From Gemmatimonadales bacterium (GTDB lineage: Bacteria; Gemmatimonadota; Gemmatimonadetes; Gemmatimonadales; GWC2-71-9), in assembly GCA_035328285.1 (NCBI GenBank), contig DAOLIZ010000004.1:1-51064 (forward strand): a stretch of DNA of 51,064 nucleotides, written 5' to 3'. Positions 43,798 through 51,064 of this stretch are shown here, one piece after another (positions within the stretch are counted from its first letter, which is position 1; each line of letters starts with the position of its first letter). The translations under genes were made by a program, and so were the position numbers. Below the pieces are notes generated by a model. The model did not search any database and was not told the origin of the DNA. It saw nothing but the letters and a program-made list of their open reading frames with translations.

Positions 43798-46053
43798 ATG
43801 AGGCTGTTCGCGCGGGCCGTCGTCAAGTATCGCTGGGCGGTCATCGGGCTCTGGGTGGTCATCGGAACCGTGGCGGTGGTTCAGGCGCGGCACACCCCCG
43901 AGCGCCTTGACATCCGGGGCGGCAGCACGCGCGAGACCGAGGCGGTGCGCGCCGACCGCCTCCTGCAGGGCCGCTTCAGTCGTTCCATCGGTGAGTTCTT
44001 CGCGATCACCCTCGAAGCGCCGAGCCCGATCGACCGCCCCGGGCCCGCGGCCGTGCTCGACTCGCTCATCGCGACGCTCCGCCGCGAGCCCTACGTCCGG
44101 TCCATCCTCTCCTTCCCCACCCTCGGCGACTCGCTCTTCCTCAGCGCCGACGGCCGCACCACCCTCATTCTGGCGGCGCTGAACGTCCAGGGGGCGGACG
44201 CCGGCGAATACGTCATCCCGGCGCGCGCCGCCATCCGCCGCGCGCTGTCGCACTTCCCCGACGCGGGCGACTACCGGGTGATCGTGACCGGCCGGGCCGC
44301 GCTCGATCTCGATATCCGCAGCGTGAGCGCCGACGACAGCCGGCGCAGCGAGATGCGCGTCCTCCCGCTGACCCTGGTCGTGCTGGTGCTGGCGTTCGGC
44401 GCGCTCGTCGCCGCGCTGCTGCCGGTCGCGGTCGGGGTGCTCGCGATCTTCGTGGCGCTGGCCCTGATCGGCGTGGTCGCCCTGTTCACGCCGATGTCGG
44501 TCTTCGTGCTCAATCTCACGACGATGATCGGGCTCGGCGTCGGCATCGACTATTCCCTGCTCATCGTGACCCGGTTCCGCGAAGAGCTGAAGCGCGGCCT
44601 CCGGCGGCACGAGGCAGCGCGGCGCACCCTCGCGACCGCGGGCTCCGCCGTCATCACCTCCGGGCTGACGGTCCTGGTCGGCTTCGCCGCGCTGCTGATC
44701 CCCCCGATGGTCGAGACCCGCAGTATCGGCCTGAGCGGGCTGGTCGTCGTGGCCGTGGCGGTGATGCTGTCGACCACGCTCCTCCCGGCACTCCTGGCCG
44801 TCCTGGGCCGGGCCATCGACGAGCCGCGGTGGCTGGCCAAGCGACTCGCCTGGTACCACGCTCCCACGATCTGGGAGCGCTGGGCGCGTTCCCTCAGCCG
44901 GCACCCCTACCGGGCCCTGACCCTCGGGGGGCTCGGCGTCCTGCTGCTGACCGCCCCGGTGTTCCTCCTCAAGATCGGCCTCCCTTCCCGGCACTGGTGG
45001 CCGAGCGCCACCGAGGCGGGCCGGGGCGCGGAAACGCTCGCGGCCATGGGGGCCTCCGGAGTGATGTTGCCGATTCGGGTGCTCGTGGAAGTCCCCGAGG
45101 GGGAGACGATCACCACCGCCTCCCGGCTGCGCGGCCTTCGCAACCTCACCGACTCGCTGGCAGCCGATCCGCGGGTCGGACGGGTGACCAGTCTCATGAC
45201 CCCCCGACGGGGGGCCTCGCTGCTGGAGTATTCCGTCCTCTACAGCGATATCCCCGCGGCGCGCGCCGAAATGGGGGACTTCCTCGACGCCTATCTCGGG
45301 AGTGATCAGCGGATCGCGCTGGTGGATGTCTTCCCCGCCGACACCACGAGCCTCACCACGTCGATGGACCTGGTGCGGGACATCCGCATCCGGGTCAAGG
45401 AGCCGATCCGCGGGCTCAAGGGGGCGACGATCGTCGTCGGCGGGTACACCGCGGCGGCCACCGACTTCCAGGACGACCTGCTCGCCATCTTCCCGCTCCT
45501 GATCGGCGTGGTGCTTGGCGTGACGGCGCTGATGCTGGCCATCGCGTTCCGGTCGGTGCTGGTCCCGATCAAGGCGATCGTGATGAACAGCCTCTCGGTG
45601 AGCGCCACCTTCGGCCTCAGCGTGCTGGTCTTCCAGTATGGTTGGGGGGCGGGTCTCTTCGGGCTGGACGGGCCGACGTCGGCCATCTACGTGGTGGTAC
45701 CGGTCATGGTCTTTGCGATCGTGTTCGGCCTGAGCATGGACTACGAGGTCTTCCTGCTCAGCCGGATCAAGGAGGCATACGACCGCACGGGCAAGAACAA
45801 CGAAGCGACGATGGAGGGCCTCTCTGCCACCGCCTCGGTGATCACCTCGGCGGCCCTCATCATGATCTTCGTCTTCGGCGCGTTCGCGTTCGCCCGGGTG
45901 CTGATGGTGCAGTTCCTCGGGTTCGGCCTGGCCGTTGCCGTGCTGCTCGACGCGACCCTCATCCGCATGGTGCTGGTGCCGGCCTTCATGCACATCGCCG
46001 GACGCTGGAACTGGTGGCCGGGGGTCCGGAAGGAACCGAGCACGGAAGACTGA
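43798..46053 (+). CDS. MMPL family (RND superfamily) transporter
   Basis: Two 6-TM bundles separated by a soluble loop. GIDYSLLIVTRFREEL and GLSMDYEVFLLSRIKEAY are typical MMPL motifs. GTG 43792 and the ORF-track start at 43738 are alternative starts. Confidence 0.85.
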   Translation: MRLFARAVVKYRWAVIGLWVVIGTVAVVQARHTPERLDIRGGSTRETEAVRADRLLQGRFSRSIGEFFAITLEAPSPIDRPGPAAVLDSLIATLRREPYVRSILSFPTLGDSLFLSADGRTTLILAALNVQGADAGEYVIPARAAIRRALSHFPDAGDYRVIVTGRAALDLDIRSVSADDSRRSEMRVLPLTLVVLVLAFGALVAALLPVAVGVLAIFVALALIGVVALFTPMSVFVLNLTTMIGLGVGIDYSLLIVTRFREELKRGLRRHEAARRTLATAGSAVITSGLTVLVGFAALLIPPMVETRSIGLSGLVVVAVAVMLSTTLLPALLAVLGRAIDEPRWLAKRLAWYHAPTIWERWARSLSRHPYRALTLGGLGVLLLTAPVFLLKIGLPSRHWWPSATEAGRGAETLAAMGASGVMLPIRVLVEVPEGETITTASRLRGLRNLTDSLAADPRVGRVTSLMTPRRGASLLEYSVLYSDIPAARAEMGDFLDAYLGSDQRIALVDVFPADTTSLTTSMDLVRDIRIRVKEPIRGLKGATIVVGGYTAAATDFQDDLLAIFPLLIGVVLGVTALMLAIAFRSVLVPIKAIVMNSLSVSATFGLSVLVFQYGWGAGLFGLDGPTSAIYVVVPVMVFAIVFGLSMDYEVFLLSRIKEAYDRTGKNNEATMEGLSATASVITSAALIMIFVFGAFAFARVLMVQFLGFGLAVAVLLDATLIRMVLVPAFMHIAGRWNWWPGVRKEPSTED

Positions 46054-46091
46054 CGTCGCAGCCTCCAGGGGCGCGTGCCGATCGCGACGTC
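46052..46091. terminator. 8-bp inverted repeat GACGTCGC...GCGACGTC between convergent MMPL and polA genes
   Basis: Arms at 46052-46059 and 46084-46091 with a 24-nt loop. It is the only spacer sequence between two convergent stops. Function inferred. Confidence 0.35.
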
Positions 46092-46095
46092 CCGC

Positions 46096-48921
46096 TCAGC
46101 GCTTCGCTTCCAGCCAGTTCTTTCCCACCCCCACGTCCACCACCAGCGGCACCGAGAGCGTCGCCGCCCCTTCCATCAGTCCCTTGACCAGCGGCCGCAC
46201 CCGCTCGACCTCGTCGTCGGGCGCCTCGAAGACGAGTTCGTCGTGTACCTGCAGCAGCATGCGGGTGCGATAGCCGCCTTCGCGGAGCGCGTCGTGGATT
46301 CGCCGCATGGCCACCTTGATCAGGTCGGCGGCCGAGCCCTGGAGCGGGGTGTTCTGCGCAGTCCGCTCGGCGAACGCCCGCACGTTGAAGTTCTTGTCGC
46401 GAATGTCGGTGATGTACCGCCGGCGGCCGAGGAGCGTCTCCACGTACCCCTGCTCGCGGGCGATCTCGACCTGCCGGTCCAGGAAGGTGCGCACGCCGGC
46501 GAAGCGCTCGAAATACTGCGCAATGAACTCCTTCGCCTCCTCCTGGGAAATCCCCAGCTGCTTCGAGAGCGCAAACGGCCCCTGTCCGTAGATGGTGCCG
46601 AAGTTGATCGTCTTGGCGCGGGCCCGCATCTCGGCGGTGACCTCGGCGAGGGGGACGCCGAAGATGATGGCCGCCGTCTGCCGATGGATGTCCTCGCCCT
46701 GGCGGAACGCGGCGGTGAAGGCGGGATCGCCGCTGAGGTGTGCCATCAGCCGGAGCTCGATCTGGGAGTAGTCCGCCGCGACGAAGAGGCACCCGGGTGC
46801 GGGGATGAAGCCGGCGCGGATCTCCTCGCCGCGCGGCGTGCGCACCGGGATGTTCTGGAGATTCGGGTCGGAGGAACTGAGGCGGCCGGTGGCCGCGCCG
46901 GTCTGGTTGAAGCTGGTGTGGATGCGCCCCGTCGCGGGGTTGACCCGGGCGGGCAGGACCTCGACGTACGTGGAGCGCAGCTTCTGGAGTTCCCGGTACT
47001 CGAGAATCAGGCGGGGGACCTCGTGCCCCATCGCGGCCAGCTGTTCGAGCACGTCGGCGTCGGTGGAGGGGCCGGTTCGCGTCTTCTTCAGCACCGGCAA
47101 CTGCTGCTGCTCGAAGAGCACCTGCCCGAGCTGCTTCGGGGAATTCAGGTTGAAGGTGGTGCCCGCCGCCGCATGGATCTCGGTCTCCAGCCGCGCAAGC
47201 TCCCCCGCCATTTCGCGGGAGAGCCGCGCGAAGAGGGCCAGGTCGATCGCGATGCCCGCCCATTCCATGTCCACCAGCACCTCGACCAGCGGCATCTCGA
47301 GCGTCTCGAGCAGCGGCTCGAGCGCCATCTCCTTCAGCTGCGGCGCAAAGCACTCGTGCAGGGCCAGCACCGTGGCGCTGTCGGCGCCGCAGTACGCGGC
47401 CGCCTCCCGCACCGGCACCTCCGCGAAGGGGATCTGCGCCGCCCCCTTGCCGGTGAGGTCGGTGTAGCTCCGCATCCCCCGCCCGAGATGCTCGAGGCTC
47501 AGCGCGTCGATGCCGTGGGAACGGCGGCCCGGATCGAGGACGAAGCTGGCCAGCATCGAGTCGTAGGCCACGCCGCCGAGCTCGACGCCGGCGCGGCGCA
47601 GCACCTGCCAGTCATACTTGATGTTCTGGCCGGCCTTGGGCACCGCGGCGTCGCGCAGCAGGTCCGCGATCGGGGCGCAGGCAGGGTCGGTGATCGGGGG
47701 GAGGTTGCGCACCGGTTCCGGCGCCGCCAGTGCCCCGGCGCGCGGGCGGTGACCGAACGGGAGGTACCAGACCTCCGTCGCGCTGGCGGCCAGCGACAGG
47801 CCGATGAGTTCTGCGTTGTGCGGCTCAAGCGAGGTGGTCTCGGTGTCGAGCGCGAGGAGCGGGGCGCTTCGCAGTCGCCGGGCCAGGTCCGCCAACGCAG
47901 CCGGATCATCGACGACACCGACGGCGAGGCCGTCCGCGGGGACGCGGGGCAGTGCAGCGGTGTCCGCCCCGCCCGATTCCCCGCTTTCCCGCGTCCCAGT
48001 CTCGCCTTCGGCGAGGCCCAGCCTCCTCGCCAGCGCATAGAACTCGAGCTCCGCGAGCACCCGCGCGAGCGCCTCCCGGTCGGGGTCCTGCCGCGCCATG
48101 GTGGCCGGGTCGAAGGTGGTCGGCACATCCTTCTGGATCGTGACCAGTTCGCGCGAGAGGCGGGCGAGGTCGGCGTGCTCGAGGAGCGCCTCGCGCGCCC
48201 GCTTGCCCGGAACGTCGGCCGCGTGGGCCAGGATCGTGTCGAGGTCGCCGTATTCCTCGAGGAGTTTGCGGGCGCCCTTGTCACCGATCCCCTTGACACC
48301 CGGGACGTTGTCCGAGCTGTCGCCAACGATGGCCAGGTAGTCGGTGACCTGCGACGGCGGCACGCCGAGGCGATCGGCGGCGTTGGCTTCGTCGACGTAG
48401 ATCTCCTCGACGGCCCCGGGGCCGCCGCGCCCCGGGTTGAGGAGCGCCACGCGCGGCCCGATCAGCTGGTAGAAGTCCTTGTCGCCCGAAACGATCACCA
48501 CCTGGATGCCCCGCGCGGCGGCCTGCACCGCCAGGGTGCCGATGACGTCGTCGGCCTCGTACCCGTCGACCGCCACCAGCGGCACATGCCAGGCGGCGAG
48601 CAGCTGGGTCACGCGCTCCACCGCGGTGTCGAAGTCGGCCTGCAGCTCCTCGTCGAGCTTCTCGCGCGTGGACTTGTACTCGGGGTACTTCACGTTGCGG
48701 AAGGAGTTCCCGGCGTCGTGGACCCAGACGACGTAGGACGGGTGGTGCGTGTCGAGCAGGCGGGCCAGGAAGTTGGCCACGCCCCAGGCGGCCGAGGTGT
48801 TCTCGCCCTTGGCCGTGCGCAGGGGGCGGGAGATCATCGCGAAGAAGGCGCGATAGATCAGGGCGAAACCGTCGATGAGGAAGAGCCGGGGCGCGTCTCC
48901 CGGGTCACCGGATGCGGTCAC
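46096..48921 (-). CDS. polA: DNA polymerase I
   Basis: 5'-nuclease N-terminus LFLIDGFALIYRAFFA, 3'-5' exonuclease LALDTETTSLEP, polymerase motif B RARAKTINFGTIYG and motif C LLQVHDELVFE. The GTG start overlaps the GWxTD gene stop (GTGA). Confidence 0.95.
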   Translation of the reverse strand: MTASGDPGDAPRLFLIDGFALIYRAFFAMISRPLRTAKGENTSAAWGVANFLARLLDTHHPSYVVWVHDAGNSFRNVKYPEYKSTREKLDEELQADFDTAVERVTQLLAAWHVPLVAVDGYEADDVIGTLAVQAAARGIQVVIVSGDKDFYQLIGPRVALLNPGRGGPGAVEEIYVDEANAADRLGVPPSQVTDYLAIVGDSSDNVPGVKGIGDKGARKLLEEYGDLDTILAHAADVPGKRAREALLEHADLARLSRELVTIQKDVPTTFDPATMARQDPDREALARVLAELEFYALARRLGLAEGETGTRESGESGGADTAALPRVPADGLAVGVVDDPAALADLARRLRSAPLLALDTETTSLEPHNAELIGLSLAASATEVWYLPFGHRPRAGALAAPEPVRNLPPITDPACAPIADLLRDAAVPKAGQNIKYDWQVLRRAGVELGGVAYDSMLASFVLDPGRRSHGIDALSLEHLGRGMRSYTDLTGKGAAQIPFAEVPVREAAAYCGADSATVLALHECFAPQLKEMALEPLLETLEMPLVEVLVDMEWAGIAIDLALFARLSREMAGELARLETEIHAAAGTTFNLNSPKQLGQVLFEQQQLPVLKKTRTGPSTDADVLEQLAAMGHEVPRLILEYRELQKLRSTYVEVLPARVNPATGRIHTSFNQTGAATGRLSSSDPNLQNIPVRTPRGEEIRAGFIPAPGCLFVAADYSQIELRLMAHLSGDPAFTAAFRQGEDIHRQTAAIIFGVPLAEVTAEMRARAKTINFGTIYGQGPFALSKQLGISQEEAKEFIAQYFERFAGVRTFLDRQVEIAREQGYVETLLGRRRYITDIRDKNFNVRAFAERTAQNTPLQGSAADLIKVAMRRIHDALREGGYRTRMLLQVHDELVFEAPDDEVERVRPLVKGLMEGAATLSVPLVVDVGVGKNWLEAKR

Positions 48922-50261
48922 GACTCTCCCCGCCGCACGCGCGCGAGCACCCGCTCGTAGGCGGCGCGCGAATCCGACGTCAGCCGGAACCGGCTGACGT
49001 TGGCCGTATCCTCAAACACGACCTCGAGTCGCAACTGGGTGTAGGTCCACCGGATCACCCGGCCCTGGGCCGTCGAGCTGCCGTTGTAGATCTCCTCCGG
49101 GTCGCCGAGGGTGATGAACACCATCCCCCGGTCGGTCCGCCAGCCGGGCACTTCTTCGTCGGTGAACCGCTGGTTGGCGATGGCCATGCGGCCAAAGTAC
49201 TGCTCCAACGCCTCGTTCTCCGGGGTGGCCGGGACAGGATCCGTGTTCCGGTAGAACTCCTGCCAGAGCCGGGCCCGATCCTCGGGCGGAGCCTTCTTGA
49301 GGCGCTTGACCTCCTCCTCGTGGCCGAAGTACCGCAGCAGGTCCACCATCTCGGTGTAGTTCGTCAGGACCCAGGCGCCGGAGAAGGAGACCAGCGCGCT
49401 GGTCTGCCGGACGACGGAGTCCGCGCCGACCTGGATGCGCAGCTCGCCGAGGGGTTGGCTGTCGGGAACGATCCGGATCACCTGCGACTCGACTTCGCGG
49501 GCACCGGTGAACCGGAGGGTGTCGCGCGTGATGACGCTGTCCGTGTTGTCGATGATCCGGAAGGGGACGCTGGTCGGCCCGGTGAAATTGTAGCCCTCGA
49601 CCAGGGCGAGGAGCGTGTCGCCGCCGTAGCTGACCGTGCCGCGAGGACTCAGCACGAGCGCGAGGTCCTGGTTCCGGCTCCGCCGCCCGGTCACCTGGTA
49701 GGCGAGGATGGGCGCCGTGAAGGAGGCGGCGCTGAAGTCGGGGGCCGTGAAGTTGCCGTCGGCCTGCGTCTGACGACCGGAGGCGGGGTCGCGCACCGAG
49801 ACGGTGATGCGGTACTCGCCGCTCTTCAAGTGGAAGAGCTGCTGGAAGAGCACGCTCTCGTCGTTGCGGAGCGTCTCCGAAAAATCGGTGACGCGGACCT
49901 CCTGGTCCCGCGCGAATCGAATCGGTGGTGCGTCGGGCGATTCGAGGTACATCTCGACCCGGTACTCGGCCAGGAAAGTCGAACCATCCTTGCGGAAGGA
50001 AAGGGCGCGATTCTCGATCGAGAGCCCGAGGATGGCCTTCACCGAGTCCCCGGGACCCGCCGCGACGGCCACCGAGCCGACGAAGGGGAGGGGCGGGCCC
50101 GATGCCAGCCGCCCCATGGAGCGGTAGACGGCGGGCATGTCGAACAAGCTGGTGAGCGACTCCTCGGGCGACGGGGTGGCGCTGGTGCCCACACGTTGCC
50201 AGGAGTTGCACGCCAGCAACGGCAGAAGGAGGAGGAGCAGGCTGTCACGGAACCGGAGCAC
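48918..50261 (-). CDS. GWxTD domain-containing lipoprotein
   Basis: GTG 50261 gives VLRFRDSLLLLLLPLLAC (lipobox). C-terminal VPGWRTDRGMVFITLGDPEEIY (GWxTD). Start inferred. Confidence 0.8.
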   Translation of the reverse strand: MLRFRDSLLLLLLPLLACNSWQRVGTSATPSPEESLTSLFDMPAVYRSMGRLASGPPLPFVGSVAVAAGPGDSVKAILGLSIENRALSFRKDGSTFLAEYRVEMYLESPDAPPIRFARDQEVRVTDFSETLRNDESVLFQQLFHLKSGEYRITVSVRDPASGRQTQADGNFTAPDFSAASFTAPILAYQVTGRRSRNQDLALVLSPRGTVSYGGDTLLALVEGYNFTGPTSVPFRIIDNTDSVITRDTLRFTGAREVESQVIRIVPDSQPLGELRIQVGADSVVRQTSALVSFSGAWVLTNYTEMVDLLRYFGHEEEVKRLKKAPPEDRARLWQEFYRNTDPVPATPENEALEQYFGRMAIANQRFTDEEVPGWRTDRGMVFITLGDPEEIYNGSSTAQGRVIRWTYTQLRLEVVFEDTANVSRFRLTSDSRAAYERVLARVRRGES

Positions 50262-50400
50262 GAGGCCCCCTTCACAAACGGGCGGGAATTCAGGGCGTGC
50301 GGCGCACGCGAAGGGTATCCTCTGCGCCGAAGCATGGTCAAGCGCGGGCCGGTCTGCTGCTTGCCGGTGCCGCCAGCGGCGAGTACCTTCCCTCCATCTC

Positions 50401-51064
50401 ATGACGCCAGACGAACTCATTGGCCGCACGGTCGCCGGCCACCGCCTCGTAAAGCATGTCGGCGAAGGTGGCACGGCCCTGGTCTACAAGGCCGAGCACC
50501 CGGAACGCGGCCCGACGGCCATCAAGGTGCTCCGCCCCCGCCTCGGGCAGGACCCGATCGCGGTCAAGCGCTTCCTGCGCGAGGCCGAATTTGGCGTGCG
50601 CGTGGTGCATCCGAACGTGGTCCGCACCTGGGAATACGGGGAGGAAAACGGCGCCTACTTCCTGGCGCTGGAATGGGCAGAGGGAGAGGCCCTGGAGCTC
50701 TTTGCCGCCCGCTCCGGCCCCTTGGCCCCGTCGCTGGTGGCCCAGATCGTCGAGCAGGTCGGCGCGGCGCTCACGGCCGCCCATACCGCCGGGATCATCC
50801 ATCGCGACCTGAAGCCCGCCAACATCATGTACGATCCCGCCACGCAGACCGCCAAGCTGCTGGATTTCGGGATCGCCCGCGATGCCGAACTTCCCCAGGA
50901 AGAGCGGCTCACCCGGGCCGGCTTCTTCGTCGGCACCCTGCAGTATGTCGCCCCGGAAGCGCTCTCCGGCGAGCTCGTGGGCGAGCAGGCGGACGTCTAC
51001 AGCCTGGCTACCATCGCCTACTACCTCCTGACCGGCGAACTGCCCTTTCCCGGCAAGTCGCCGC
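50401..51064 (+). CDS. serine/threonine protein kinase, N-terminal part (runs off the right edge)
   Basis: My translation from ATG 50401: MTPDELIGRTVAGHRLVKHVGEGGTALVYKAEH...TAIKVL...IIHRDLKPANIM...LLDFGIAR...GTLQYVAPE (Hanks subdomains I-VIII). It is not in the ORF track because there is no stop in the window. Confidence 0.9.
   Translation, partial: MTPDELIGRTVAGHRLVKHVGEGGTALVYKAEHPERGPTAIKVLRPRLGQDPIAVKRFLREAEFGVRVVHPNVVRTWEYGEENGAYFLALEWAEGEALELFAARSGPLAPSLVAQIVEQVGAALTAAHTAGIIHRDLKPANIMYDPATQTAKLLDFGIARDAELPQEERLTRAGFFVGTLQYVAPEALSGELVGEQADVYSLATIAYYLLTGELPFPGKSP

Noticed and set aside
43732-45993. 753-aa - strand ORF
   Set aside because: Antisense to the MMPL transporter. It is extremely His/Arg/Asp/Gly/Glu-rich with no hydrophobic core or motif, so it is a shadow ORF. 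The same reasoning applies to 10848..12389, 4862..6415, 19001..20056, 14127..15347, 14285..15586, 15829..16854, 17028..18662, 28943..30091 and 38576..39376.
46075-48960. 961-aa + strand ORF
   Set aside because: Antisense to polA, which has all the exonuclease and polymerase motifs. Its composition is Arg/Gly/Glu/Val-rich with no recognisable domain.

Overview
High-GC bacterial chromosomal window with about 50 densely packed CDS, mostly in long minus-strand gene trains whose stop and start codons overlap. I saw no rRNA, tRNA, CRISPR array, transposase or integrase. The content is mostly housekeeping and looks origin-proximal: mnmG(gidA), two parS sites, parA and parB. These are followed directly by an M23 peptidase and a bactofilin, then a BMP-type ABC importer with a Nif3 gene embedded in it. 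Other blocks: (1) a complete sufR-sufBCDSU operon extended by a bacilliredoxin-like gene and a His-rich 93-aa ORF; (2) polA translationally coupled to a GWxTD protein; (3) rnd, def, plsC, arginase, two ferredoxins, a NatAB-like ABC exporter and an MMPL transporter; (4) a PlpD-like patatin/Omp85 protein, three secreted or lipoprotein metalloproteases, and several lipid-active enzymes (PLC-like, GMC oxidoreductase, PEBP, thioesterase fusion). The gene content (GWxTD, SufR, bacilliredoxin, high GC) suggests Gemmatimonadota or a neighbouring phylum, but that is inference only. I found no convincing defence island or mobile element. The least explained signal is non-coding. A 17-nt GACGAGGGAGGGTCGGA / TCCGAC-core inverted-repeat family recurs in three promoter-containing spacers, and one pair brackets an AT-rich core plus a parS site. 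An 8-bp tandem GGG-tract array and a 14-15 bp inverted repeat lie upstream of mnmG. A REP-like hairpin is present in two copies. CCCTCC-type pyrimidine tracts lie on the coding strand just upstream of many start codons. Among proteins, the items most worth a second look are the parAB-M23-bactofilin module, the extra genes on the suf operon, the four-gene GMC-PEBP-DUF302-unknown operon, and two domain fusions.
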